A DNA stretch of 62,279 nt from a virus: IMG/VR virus record IMGVR_UViG_3300048774_000008, positions 1 to 62,279 of that record; one strand, 5' to 3'. A model generated the notes under the pieces. It had not been told where the DNA came from. It did not search any database and worked only from the letters and a program-made list of their open reading frames with translations. Below are positions 36,035 to 45,856 of this stretch, one piece after another (position 1 is the first letter of the stretch; every line of letters starts with the position of its first letter). A program made the translations under genes and the position numbers.

Positions 36035-36628
36035 TTATGACCCGTCTATTGTTACGATATATTCATACATGAAAGGAAGCTCCACAGCGCCGGATTCGAT
36101 TGCTTCGCGCAATAATGACGCTATGGAGATATTAAAATATGCCTCGTTATATTGCGTTGTATTGTATTGATAGGTATTGAACGCCCCGCCGGATGTCCCG
36201 CTGGAATTCGTTAAAATATTAATGTGACAAACATTGGGAGAACTGAAAGTTACGCTAATGTTGTAAGTTTGATTAACGCCTTGATCGGTTCCATTTGAAC
36301 CGGTCAGCCAGCGTTGAATTCTTCGCTTCAGCCATCTGACATTAAATACTTTCCCATCTCCTTTATAAAATGCCCAGGTGATGCATCTCTGAAATACATC
36401 GTCAGTCGTTAAAACGCCACCAAGGATAGGGCGATATTGCCCATATAAACCGTTCGCAATCCAGTCCAGCAATGATCCTGATTGCTCCGTGTAAATTGGT
36501 AGATTTGCGTTAAAAAACCATGAGACATAATATTGAGTCATGGAGTTTGCCTGATCAAACCAGCAAGTTATATTGTCGTCGTCAGCGTATTCTCGATACG
36601 CATACGATGGAATTGTCTGATTAAGCAT
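36035..36628 (-). CDS. Baseplate/tail protein (gpI-like position)
   Basis: 197-aa ORF directly after the J-like gene. Confidence 0.45.
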   Translation of the reverse strand: MLNQTIPSYAYREYADDDNITCWFDQANSMTQYYVSWFFNANLPIYTEQSGSLLDWIANGLYGQYRPILGGVLTTDDVFQRCITWAFYKGDGKVFNVRWLKRRIQRWLTGSNGTDQGVNQTYNISVTFSSPNVCHINILTNSSGTSGGAFNTYQYNTTQYNEAYFNISIASLLREAIESGAVELPFMYEYIVTIDGS

Positions 36629-36630
36629 GA

Positions 36631-38049
36631 CTACGCATTCACCACGTTAATATTTGCATTCGATATCGTGAACGATGATTCCGGATCTGCGTAGATCAAA
36701 TTACCAGACGGCACGGATAAAATCCCATCGACGTAAATCTGGAATGCAAGCAATGAAATGCTGGATTCTGGAATTGATGTTGGCAATACAGAAGTGAAAG
36801 CATCCGATATTTGCAGGATATTCATCGGCTGACCGACTGCAATCGAATTTATATACGAAGCTATTGAAGGTTGGGCCAATCCGGCAATCGTTGCATTAGC
36901 CACATAATTAGGAGAAATAGATTGCCATGTAACCGTCATTGTTACTGTCTGCTGCGGAGGCAAGACATAGGTAATTTGGTATGTATCAGGAAAATCGATT
37001 ATCGAGACAATCTCATTTCGCGGATTTGGCGATATTGTTCCGCCCGATATATACGGGCTATACGACGATGTGTTGACATTAGTTTCAAATGTCGTCGGAC
37101 TCAAAACTGTAATGGTTAATGAGACTCCATTCAATGCCGTCATTCCAACAATATTTGTCAGTTTAATGACCGCTCCAGTAGATAGTCCATGCGCGTAATT
37201 CGTTGCCACAATCCCATTCGTTGCCTGCGTGATACCATACACCGACAACTGTGATCCGATCAATCGACTTATATCCAATCCACTGGAGAATATAGAATAA
37301 GCAACTTGATATGGATCGCCGCCGCCGCAAATAACCTCCCAAAATGCGCCTTGCTGGACAATTGAGACTAGATTTTTCTGTACTCCAGAAACTTCATACA
37401 GCAATGTTTTTAAATTCGATGCAGAGCCGCCACAAGGCGCATTCCCGGCCAACAAAACGCGCGATCTATAGCTTTCCTGTGTCTCGCCAGTTACAACTCC
37501 TGGAATACCTGCCGAAGGGTTTGATACAGTCACCGAATATGCCAATGGAACAGAAGTAACTAATTGCGTGACGGATGCAGGAGGAACCGGCCACGATCCA
37601 ACTTGATTTGAAACAACATATAGTGGGAGCGATGATCCGCTTGTTCCGATTATTCCACCGCCATCGTTCGGTATGACATATTGATTTGTGCCATCTGATA
37701 CAACGAAGCCGGCCGAAATGACAAATCCCGGAGTGCCGCTAAATACGACATAAACGCTTGTATTGGTGGCTTGATTTATCGGAACTCCGTAGACATTTCC
37801 AAGTTGCGTCAAAAGTGGCTCATTTGCGCCGTATGGTGTTAGTGAGTTGATCGCAGCAACGCGCGCTTGGTCACACAATGAAACTGCCCCGATAATTGTA
37901 CTGGATACATCCTCAATAATTCCGCCAGGAAGAATCGTGTACCCTGGATTTACAGCGGCGACATTGTTAAATAATTGAGATGATAATGATCCAATGGATT
38001 GCGGAACTGCTCCTGCGGCAGAAATTACAACTGGAAAATTATATGTCAT
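36631..38049 (-). CDS. Baseplate J-like protein
   Basis: Size (472 aa) and position between the W-like and I-like genes. Confidence 0.5.
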   Translation of the reverse strand: MTYNFPVVISAAGAVPQSIGSLSSQLFNNVAAVNPGYTILPGGIIEDVSSTIIGAVSLCDQARVAAINSLTPYGANEPLLTQLGNVYGVPINQATNTSVYVVFSGTPGFVISAGFVVSDGTNQYVIPNDGGGIIGTSGSSLPLYVVSNQVGSWPVPPASVTQLVTSVPLAYSVTVSNPSAGIPGVVTGETQESYRSRVLLAGNAPCGGSASNLKTLLYEVSGVQKNLVSIVQQGAFWEVICGGGDPYQVAYSIFSSGLDISRLIGSQLSVYGITQATNGIVATNYAHGLSTGAVIKLTNIVGMTALNGVSLTITVLSPTTFETNVNTSSYSPYISGGTISPNPRNEIVSIIDFPDTYQITYVLPPQQTVTMTVTWQSISPNYVANATIAGLAQPSIASYINSIAVGQPMNILQISDAFTSVLPTSIPESSISLLAFQIYVDGILSVPSGNLIYADPESSFTISNANINVVNA

Positions 38050-38396
38050 GTCGCTATCTGCGTTGAAATTTTTGCGCCTTGATTCGTAATTATATTTACA
38101 TCATAAATCGGCGATGGATAAATCTGCGTTCTGGTAATCGAAAGAGATGAAAAATAAGGCGCGAAATATTGTTGAACCATTGCTACATAGTAGTCCGGGA
38201 GAATCTGCGTAACGATTGACCGCTGCGCCGGTATTCCATTGTTTGCGTAAATTGGAGATTCTCCGAGATTCAATTTAAGATTCTGGATTAGTGTGGTAAG
38301 CCATACCGCATCGTTCAGGCCATTTGAATCTGTCGTTACTTCAACCCATGTCTTTACGCCATATTCATCTGTTACCCTGCCCCAAGTCCTAAGCAT
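38046..38396 (-). CDS. Baseplate wedge protein (gpW/gp25-like position)
   Basis: 116-aa ORF overlapping the J-like start. Confidence 0.4.
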   Translation of the reverse strand: MLRTWGRVTDEYGVKTWVEVTTDSNGLNDAVWLTTLIQNLKLNLGESPIYANNGIPAQRSIVTQILPDYYVAMVQQYFAPYFSSLSITRTQIYPSPIYDVNIITNQGAKISTQIAT

Positions 38397-38446
38397 GCTA
38401 GATTACCCCCGTTGTTAGTCTTGATCCAGCCTGCACCCCGCCATGC

Positions 38447-39025
38447 TCATGCAAGATAGGGGGAACCATTGATAATCAAAATACCATTGATATTCACGAT
38501 CGCTCCGCCTAAATGCAAATTGCCAGTTGCCGTCATGCTTATTTCAGGAGCTGTCATCGCAATTCCACTTGGCGATAGAGTGACATTTGAATTATTTCCG
38601 CCATCCCTAAAACGTACCCCATTCGGACCATACAGACAGACAGAATCAGGATCATCTGGCGCCCCCCACCCTTTATTTCCAATCGGCAGGAAAACAAGTG
38701 CGGTTAAGTTTGCCGGTTGCGATAAATCAGCAATACCACCGCCAATTCCAGACACTCCGGCCAGCCTCGCATCTGCCGGAACCGTCACACCTTTGCAGCC
38801 CATCTGAATCGGAAGTCGAATATATTCAGTTCCATAAACAGGAATTGTCACATTGGGTAACGTGATATTCGAGTTAATCTCAAATGCCACCGTAACGATC
38901 GATCCAAAAACAGCGACTACGCTGCATGGCAATGCTTTGCCTGCACGCTGGAATGCATCATTTATCTTGTTCTGCGTAAAGCGCGTGAGTGTTTGCGCTA
39001 ACGGCGTTTTTTGCGAAGCGGTCAT
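38447..39025 (-). CDS. Baseplate spike/assembly protein V-like
   Basis: 192 aa. N-terminal OB-like segment (LPCSVVAVFGSIVTVAFE) and C-terminal beta-helix-like part. Confidence 0.45.
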   Translation of the reverse strand: MTASQKTPLAQTLTRFTQNKINDAFQRAGKALPCSVVAVFGSIVTVAFEINSNITLPNVTIPVYGTEYIRLPIQMGCKGVTVPADARLAGVSGIGGGIADLSQPANLTALVFLPIGNKGWGAPDDPDSVCLYGPNGVRFRDGGNNSNVTLSPSGIAMTAPEISMTATGNLHLGGAIVNINGILIINGSPYLA

Positions 39026-40023
39026 GTTAGTGTCCGCACTGCATCGACTACAGTTACCCAGCTATTCGCATCGGATTGCCGGAAATTTCCCACATGACGA
39101 ATGGCGATAATCTGAAATTTCCCTTGGAAAATAGAGGCTTGCTTATAGCCGCTTTTTGTCGATGTTATGCTCGATATCGTTGGCGCGTTTTTCGGAGGTA
39201 TCGGCATGGTCACGTAATATCCTCCCGCTAAATTAGACCGCATCACAGTTCTGAATTGAACTGTATCGACCTGTATCCATGTCGGCTGACCAATCAAATC
39301 TTGCAGTAATATTGCTATCGGAGTATTGGGAACTGTGCCGTCATAAACGGATACAGAATTCCCCTTTATCGATATATTCACTCCGAGATAATTCGCATCG
39401 CCCTTTAAAATGTGCTTGCTGATCTCGCGCACATAAGCGCCGAATTGCTGCAAATTTCCAGCGAAGCCAGGCTCATCTTGATTCAATACTAGATTTTTGC
39501 TGATGCTTATATCGCACATCAATGCCGGGAATGCTGTAGCAAATGTATTTTCAATCATCGCCGATAATTGCATTCCAGCCGGCCATGTCCAACTTATATT
39601 TTTTGGATTATCTGCCGTTCCGGAGGCGGTATTAACGACGAATTCAATCGATCTTTCAACCCCTACCGCGTTGCCAAATGCCTGCCTGATATCGCCCTTT
39701 AAAACCAATCCGTATTGCGATGGATCTGCAAGTGGCAGTCCTTTTGCCATGCCTGCATATACTTCAATTGTGTTTGTCGCTACCCCTGTATTGGTAGGAT
39801 TAAGATCGAATGATTGCCCGATAGTCTCAAGAGATACGCCCCAAATCCTGATGATCGCTCCACTGTCTGTTATTGCGTTCAGGTTATAAAGCGGAACATC
39901 TAATTCAATATTTAACGCGCCAAGCATCGTATTTCCGCTTGCATCAAAACTTGAATATGTTGTTACGTTCCCGCTGGCTATATTCGTTATCAGGATTGTG
40001 TACGCCCTCATCCTGTCACCCAT
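39022..40023 (-). CDS. Baseplate hub protein (gpD/gp44-like position)
   Basis: 333-aa ORF between the tape-measure-proximal genes and the spike gene. Confidence 0.45.
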   Translation of the reverse strand: MGDRMRAYTILITNIASGNVTTYSSFDASGNTMLGALNIELDVPLYNLNAITDSGAIIRIWGVSLETIGQSFDLNPTNTGVATNTIEVYAGMAKGLPLADPSQYGLVLKGDIRQAFGNAVGVERSIEFVVNTASGTADNPKNISWTWPAGMQLSAMIENTFATAFPALMCDISISKNLVLNQDEPGFAGNLQQFGAYVREISKHILKGDANYLGVNISIKGNSVSVYDGTVPNTPIAILLQDLIGQPTWIQVDTVQFRTVMRSNLAGGYYVTMPIPPKNAPTISSITSTKSGYKQASIFQGKFQIIAIRHVGNFRQSDANSWVTVVDAVRTLT

Positions 40024-40667
40024 GTGACATTCTGGCTAGAATTATTCTGCCATTGAACTGGTCCTAGCGAATTATTTACCCATGTAACGACATTCGTCGG
40101 TGTTGCGCTAGCCTGATTCGATATCGCTGATTCGCCAGATGAATTTACCGCCGTCACTACCGCGTAATATGTTTCTCCATTCGTCAATCCGGCGAGAGAG
40201 TATGAATTACCAGTTATGTTGACTATCTGCGTTCCGTTCTCACCTTGCCCTGCCGTCAATGCCCAGTACAAATTAAACGATGTCGCAAGGTTGCTATTTG
40301 TCCACGTGAAATTGATTGCTGAATTACCGGCAGCAGCAGTCAATACAACCGGATTCGGTATGGCCTCCAGCGTTGCATTTGGAGAGCCAACCATCGGAAC
40401 CGATAATATTAAAATTTGCGATGTATTATAGATATTTATATAGTATCGCTCATCAAAAAGATTCCATGTCAATATGACGATGTATTGCACGCCGTCAAGT
40501 GTTGCCTGAAACTGCTGATTCGATGTTAAGGACGATGTGAATGGAACATAAATAGTCTGATTGACGCCAATCGGATCAATAATTTCAAACTGATTATTTT
40601 CGATTCTCCATACTAACTGAGTAGTGAAATATCCATTTGTCAGCGAAATGTTGTATGCCGAACTCAT
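40008..40667 (-). CDS. Tail protein with fibronectin type III domain
   Basis: FN3-like segment PNPVVLTAAAGNSAINFTWTNS...FNLYW......Y.LAGLTNGETYYAVVTAVNSSGES. Confidence 0.55.
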   Translation of the reverse strand: MSSAYNISLTNGYFTTQLVWRIENNQFEIIDPIGVNQTIYVPFTSSLTSNQQFQATLDGVQYIVILTWNLFDERYYINIYNTSQILILSVPMVGSPNATLEAIPNPVVLTAAAGNSAINFTWTNSNLATSFNLYWALTAGQGENGTQIVNITGNSYSLAGLTNGETYYAVVTAVNSSGESAISNQASATPTNVVTWVNNSLGPVQWQNNSSQNVTWVTG

Positions 40668-41413
40668 GCCGTCTGCCCGATCTGTGCATTCACGCTAGTT
40701 GTCGATGCGGCGATTAAACTATTCGAGGATGTGATCGGGCTGATAATAGGGCCTGATAGCGTATTTCCATTTGTCGCGGTTGACCCGCTTGACCAGGCCG
40801 GCGTAATTCCTGGGACTGTTCCGGGAGGTAATTGATTCGCCATAATTGAAAGCAACGAATTATAAGTCGTCTGCTGTTGCGATAAAGCCAGCAAAGGCTG
40901 CACAAAATCAAATTGCCAATGAATTCCCGTTAATTTATTTTCTCCGCTCGTAATATCCCGTACGCCAAGCAGGATGCAATTCGGATAAATCTGCGATGGA
41001 GTCGCCACCACGTAATACCCGCCAAGTGAGGTATGCTGTGCAAATGCCTGCTGTAGGGCCGTAAGGACGTTCAAATGTGCGGCGATATCCCCGCTATTGC
41101 GTGGCGGACAAATCATTTCCAAAGAGATCGTTAGCGGCTGCGCGATGATCGCATTTGCCGCCACCGTCTGATTTGCAAATGGATACTGGCCGATCTGATT
41201 GTTGACAAGAGTGCTTCCCGGAATAACTTTGAACCTAGCAAAATACTCGTCTAGATCAATATCGGCAGCTCCTTGCAAAAGCCCTTGATTGTAATCAGCC
41301 GATTGCGTGATCGCAATAATGGGAAGCATTTTCCCTGTTATGGTTTCAGCTATGCCATTGCAAAATATAATCGGACTTATTTCAAATCCGAGTTGATATT
41401 CTAAACGGCTCAT
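40664..41413 (-). CDS. Tail/baseplate-associated protein
   Basis: 249-aa ORF immediately after the tape measure gene. Confidence 0.45.
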   Translation of the reverse strand: MSRLEYQLGFEISPIIFCNGIAETITGKMLPIIAITQSADYNQGLLQGAADIDLDEYFARFKVIPGSTLVNNQIGQYPFANQTVAANAIIAQPLTISLEMICPPRNSGDIAAHLNVLTALQQAFAQHTSLGGYYVVATPSQIYPNCILLGVRDITSGENKLTGIHWQFDFVQPLLALSQQQTTYNSLLSIMANQLPPGTVPGITPAWSSGSTATNGNTLSGPIISPITSSNSLIAASTTSVNAQIGQTA

Positions 41414-42876
41414 TGCGGGTTCATGCCATTGACTGTGCGGAACATGTCGCCACCGGTATTATTGTAGATATTCACGGCAATTGGAGGCAGGGTCTTGGCG
41501 ACATAATTTCGAGTTTCCGCTGGCATACGGCCTTTGTCGAAATTTCCAGGACCTTCGTTATATGCAGCCAGTGCTTTCGACATATCGCCATGATACTTTT
41601 TAAGCAAGTCTCGTATATATTTTGCCGCCGCAGTAGCAGACTTCATTTCATCGAATACATCATTTCCTTGCAGTCCATACTGCGATGCCGTAGGGTCCAT
41701 GAATTGAAATGGGCCTTTTGCTCCTTTAGAGCTGATCGAATTCAACTTACCGCGAGATTCTGTATGCTCTATCGATGAAAGCGTTCCTTTTGGCAATCCG
41801 AATTGTGATTCAATCGCAGACAATTTATTGCTGGATGCTGATTTTATTAAACCAGATGATTCTTGTTTTGTTTTTGGTCCTAGAAACTTTTTAACGGCGA
41901 TGGCGCCTAAAATTAAATCAGTTTCAACCTTCTTAATTATCGGATTCGATATTTTTGCCAATACCGGTATTACTTTCGCCAAACCATCGATCAATACTGT
42001 CTCGATTTGTACTTTTGCTACCGATAATGAATCGGAAATATCTTGCCATTTCCGTTGCGTATCATCTGACAATTGCAATTCTTTTGCGCGAGCAGAATTA
42101 TTTTTTTCAAGTCCATCTAGCTCTTCTTTGCTAAACATTGATAGACGCTGAAGTTCATCGTAACTAAGAATATCGAGTGCGCCACGCGCTTCCAATATCT
42201 GCCGATTACCTTTTGTGTCCAAAAATAACTGTCGCATACTTTTCAATAACGGCGGCAAAACTTGTGATGCATTTTTATCTGTTGAATATTGGCTTGATGC
42301 CATTCCGGCTAATCCAAATTTATATGCCTGAGTCGCATCATGCTGCATGACATTGATACGGCCAAGCAATGAATCAACGTCAATTATGCGTCCATAACTA
42401 ATCTTTTCGGCCTCATGCTCACCGGTAGATATACCAAGTCCTTGCGCGCTCCTGCGACCCTCTCCTGCGGTTACGGCAAGCCTATCGAATAGCAATGCAG
42501 TTCCTGCCAGTCCGCCGGCAAACAAACCGCCAAGCCCAGCCCATTTTGCCAATCCTAATGTAGTTTCTTTTATCGACTTGGCAATCTTGATTGTGCTGCT
42601 TTCAACGCCACCCATAGCCTTGCCTGATCCTAATGCCTGCTTGCGTAAAGCATCTTGACGTTTCACGGCGGAACTAAGATTTTCATCTGTCCGCTTCGCT
42701 GCATCGTCAATTTTCTTAAATGGATTAGATGATGCAGCTATTTCCTTATTCATCTTTGCCCATGTTGCGGGCATTTGTCCTAGCGCAGTTTCATATTTTT
42801 TGAAGAGATCGGTAAAGGCTTTGAATGCCTCATCTTTGACATCGACCTCAAGTATGCTCTTGACTGCCATTTTCAA
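41410..42876 (-). CDS. Tape measure protein with C-terminal lytic transglycosylase (SLT) domain
   Basis: Helical N-part with a Gly-rich membrane-like segment. The SLT motif is HTESRG...SSKGAKGPFQFM....YG......AAAKY......AAYNEGPGN. Confidence 0.75.
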   Translation of the reverse strand: MKMAVKSILEVDVKDEAFKAFTDLFKKYETALGQMPATWAKMNKEIAASSNPFKKIDDAAKRTDENLSSAVKRQDALRKQALGSGKAMGGVESSTIKIAKSIKETTLGLAKWAGLGGLFAGGLAGTALLFDRLAVTAGEGRRSAQGLGISTGEHEAEKISYGRIIDVDSLLGRINVMQHDATQAYKFGLAGMASSQYSTDKNASQVLPPLLKSMRQLFLDTKGNRQILEARGALDILSYDELQRLSMFSKEELDGLEKNNSARAKELQLSDDTQRKWQDISDSLSVAKVQIETVLIDGLAKVIPVLAKISNPIIKKVETDLILGAIAVKKFLGPKTKQESSGLIKSASSNKLSAIESQFGLPKGTLSSIEHTESRGKLNSISSKGAKGPFQFMDPTASQYGLQGNDVFDEMKSATAAAKYIRDLLKKYHGDMSKALAAYNEGPGNFDKGRMPAETRNYVAKTLPPIAVNIYNNTGGDMFRTVNGMNPQ

Positions 42877-42879
42877 TCC

Positions 42880-43625
42880 TTAAAATTTCAAATTTCTAAT
42901 GGCCTGCGTTAGCGCGCGATGACGAAATTCATACGATGTGTCATATGGAAAATCACGATCAAACCCAGCGAATACTTTTCCGAATCCCTCGTTTGCAATC
43001 CAGTCTAACCCGGTACTGACGACTGTTTCACCATCTGCGATGAAGTTTCTAGCGCTGTCGATTTCGGCAAGGAATTGCAAAATTCCGAACAGTTCAATAA
43101 GGTAACTTGCGTATCCCAAGCCTTCCCCATCGCCGTCAGCAGTGGCGCGATCTCGTGCTTCTTGTGAATGTGCGAGACGCACGTAAAAAAAACGATGTAT
43201 CCTTCCGCCTCCTCTACATCCGATTCGTCAATATGACCTTGTTTAATGGCTTCCAATACAGGAATTGACTGCCATCCTTGCGCCGTTGGAATGACGATAT
43301 TAGATAGACGCCTGATCTCTTCCATCAAGCCATTTTTAACGCCGAACTGGCCGCCCCATGTCGTACCGGAACCCTTCCAGTCTACAGGATGATCAATAGG
43401 ATCATTTTCCTTGGCGATAGATTCAAGCGTCAATGCAGCAACACTTGGGCCAGTGCCTTGACTTATGCCCTCGGCATACATGGTATTCAGCGTTTTCGCC
43501 AGTACCATAAAATACTGCTTGAATGTCTCGCGCAGAATTGGACGACTATGCAGATACAGCGTGCCAACGTCCGAAATTATCGGAACCACCAAGTTCAAGG
43601 ATTTGGAGATTTTCATTATAACCAA
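42880..43625 (-). CDS. Tail assembly chaperone, -1 frameshift product (GT-like)
   Basis: The -1 frame is open from the T8 run (43192-43185) to the stop at 42880. Junction reads ..EAEGYIVFF/YVRLAHSQEARD.. Confidence 0.6.
43005..43625 (-). CDS. Tail assembly chaperone (G-like, zero-frame product)
   Basis: Located between the tube and tape measure genes. Contains the slippery run. Confidence 0.65.
   Translation of the reverse strand: MVIMKISKSLNLVVPIISDVGTLYLHSRPILRETFKQYFMVLAKTLNTMYAEGISQGTGPSVAALTLESIAKENDPIDHPVDWKGSGTTWGGQFGVKNGLMEEIRRLSNIVIPTAQGWQSIPVLEAIKQGHIDESDVEEAEGYIVFFTCVSHIHKKHEIAPLLTAMGKAWDTQVTLLNCSEFCNSLPKSTALETSSQMVKQSSVPG
43185..43192 (-). other. Slippery sequence for programmed -1 frameshift
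   Basis: Minus strand: G TTT TTT TAC (T8 run) in the zero frame of the chaperone gene. Confidence 0.6.
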
Positions 43626-44053
43626 AGTGAATTATTGATTTGGTAGTACCCGCCCAATACCAAAGTAAAGTCAGCTTTGGTGCCGTTCAATAGCAATTCT
43701 TCGACGTTCTTGATTGACCCGTTAGAAATTGTCAGCGATGGGAACACCGATGAATCGGTATAGAGCGTGTATCCGCCAACCACCGATGAGTTTTGCAGGA
43801 ATTGCAGCCAAGTTGCCGACAATGACTGACTTTTCAAAATATGCAGCCGAACACTGACTTTGATATACGGCTCCGGGGATAAAACAATTCCAGATGCAGT
43901 TTCGATCTCATTTGTCGCTTGACCCTCAAATGCAATCGAACTTTGATCTTTATCGAGAAACGATGGAGTTATGTTGAGTTGCGGATTATCGGGAAAATTG
44001 ATGCCGTTGAGCAGCCGATTTAATACGCCTTGCGGGATTTGCGGATTTGACAT
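43616..44053 (-). CDS. Tail tube protein
   Basis: 145-aa ORF between the sheath and chaperone genes. Confidence 0.55.
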   Translation of the reverse strand: MSNPQIPQGVLNRLLNGINFPDNPQLNITPSFLDKDQSSIAFEGQATNEIETASGIVLSPEPYIKVSVRLHILKSQSLSATWLQFLQNSSVVGGYTLYTDSSVFPSLTISNGSIKNVEELLLNGTKADFTLVLGGYYQINNSLWL

Positions 44054-44065
44054 GATGTGTTATCC

Positions 44066-45439
44066 CTAAACTTGATTTGAAACACTGATATTGAACATGA
44101 TCGTCGCAAACCCGCGCGCCGGCGTATAGGCGCATACCAGTCCGCCGTAATTTCCGATTGAATATGTTGATGGATTCAATGCAACCCATGAAGCAAAAGG
44201 AACGGCATTGACCAATACTCCTAGCGGCGCAGTTCCGCTTTGAATCAGTGCGGTGAATGCGGATGCGGTCAATTGATAGACGGTTACAGGGCCAAGAGCA
44301 AGACCATATGATACGCCCTGATTAACTGTTTTGGTCGCTACGCCCTCAAGCGAATTAATACCTTGCTGATTGTAATAAAGCGGCGCAAGCGGATTATTTG
44401 ATCCGTTTATTACGGCGGCAGATACACTTTGATTTAAATTGATTTGCATCCAGTCAATCGAATACCAATAATTTAATGGATTGCCATCGCACTGTGTTCC
44501 TAGTGAAATCAAAGCATTGCTTATCCCGCCTTCGGCCCCAGTTCCGATCCAATCGAGATTAGCCGCCGTCCATGTTGTTTGCTGCGTTGTAGTTGCTGGA
44601 TATGGTGTTACGCCATATACAAACGCATATTGAAGTGGAGTGACTGGATTTGCCGAGCTTGGACTATATTTCAGTTGATTCCAAAAACGTGCCGCCATTG
44701 AAAATTCAGTTTCTGGAATTCCCGGCGCTTCGATCAACATGCCAACTGCCTTTTGCAATGCTGTAAAGCTCGTATAAGTTCCAGTCGTTGCCGTCACGCA
44801 AAAATATTGCTTTGCCGTTGTCGAATTATATTGCAAGCAAAGTGATACGAATGTGCTTTGAGCATCCCATCCTCGCGGGATAAGATAAGCATAATACTCA
44901 AGCGGGTTAGCGCTAAGCAAAGATGCGAATTCAGCAATATTTGCTACTATGGTTCCATGCCCAACTTCAAGCACATACACGCCAAGGCTAGATCCTTGCG
45001 CAAAGAACGTGGTCGCCATTGCCAGCAATTCACTAACGTCAGCATCGGTCGCTACAGCGGTTCCAGTGGCTGGCGTGGTAAGCGTCGATGCTTGGGCGTA
45101 GGTGAATGATTCCGCGTCCGTCACAGTCGCATTGTAGGTGCCGTTATATCCGACATAACCAGTACCGACGAACCCGGCTATCGTTACAGAATCACCAGTA
45201 GAAAACCCATGCGCAGTTGCAGTCGTAACCGTAACAACACCAGCGGCCCACGTGGTCGATCCCGCTACAATTGAAATTGCGCCGGCCAGATATGACGTTA
45301 AATCGGATAATTGCGTAAGCAAAATATCCGATCCAGCCACTAAACTTGTTCCCCCGCAAGATACGAGAGTGCCGGTTTTTTGCAGCTTATTCGGCGTCGA
45401 TCCTACTTGCTGGGTAACATTTACAGTTACGATAGGCAT
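44066..45439 (-). CDS. Contractile tail sheath protein
   Basis: 457 aa. The order sheath-tube-chaperone(PRF)-TMP is typical of myoviruses. Confidence 0.6.
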   Translation of the reverse strand: MPIVTVNVTQQVGSTPNKLQKTGTLVSCGGTSLVAGSDILLTQLSDLTSYLAGAISIVAGSTTWAAGVVTVTTATAHGFSTGDSVTIAGFVGTGYVGYNGTYNATVTDAESFTYAQASTLTTPATGTAVATDADVSELLAMATTFFAQGSSLGVYVLEVGHGTIVANIAEFASLLSANPLEYYAYLIPRGWDAQSTFVSLCLQYNSTTAKQYFCVTATTGTYTSFTALQKAVGMLIEAPGIPETEFSMAARFWNQLKYSPSSANPVTPLQYAFVYGVTPYPATTTQQTTWTAANLDWIGTGAEGGISNALISLGTQCDGNPLNYWYSIDWMQINLNQSVSAAVINGSNNPLAPLYYNQQGINSLEGVATKTVNQGVSYGLALGPVTVYQLTASAFTALIQSGTAPLGVLVNAVPFASWVALNPSTYSIGNYGGLVCAYTPARGFATIMFNISVSNQV

Positions 45440-45451
45440 GAGATATTCCTC

Positions 45452-45808
45452 TTAGGTATAAGATACCGATATGACTTGCGCCGCACCAGGTGTAATCGTG
45501 ATGCCGACTGCGCAAGGCCAATCCAACGAGATCACGCCGACTGCGGCTGGAATTGCAGCAATCAGGTTAGCTGCTGCTGCTGCTCCGGTAGTAATACAGT
45601 CATTGGCAGTGCCTGCCGCGCCGGCAGTAGTGACGGAAATTTTTACAAGTCGTCCGGGCGTAGCTTTTACCACTGTGGCGGCGGTGATATTCAGAACTGA
45701 TTTTGCTCCGGTCGCCGTGAACAAATCACCTGTTGCATCGACATTAAGCGGCACTAAATTATTGGAAGGATTCTTTGCGAATACTTCGCCAACTGGAATT
45801 TGAGGCAT
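45452..45808 (-). CDS. Small Ala/Thr/Gly-rich virion-module protein (paralog of 57370-57699)
   Basis: 118 aa. Shares the pattern T..IK...G.L..I.V.TAGA.G...D....AAA.L.A.....V....D......G... with the 109-aa ORF. Confidence 0.5.
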   Translation of the reverse strand: MPQIPVGEVFAKNPSNNLVPLNVDATGDLFTATGAKSVLNITAATVVKATPGRLVKISVTTAGAAGTANDCITTGAAAAANLIAAIPAAVGVISLDWPCAVGITITPGAAQVISVSYT

Positions 45809-45856
45809 ATTGATTCCTTAAATAAAAATCCGCACAATGCGGATAGGTTGATAAAT

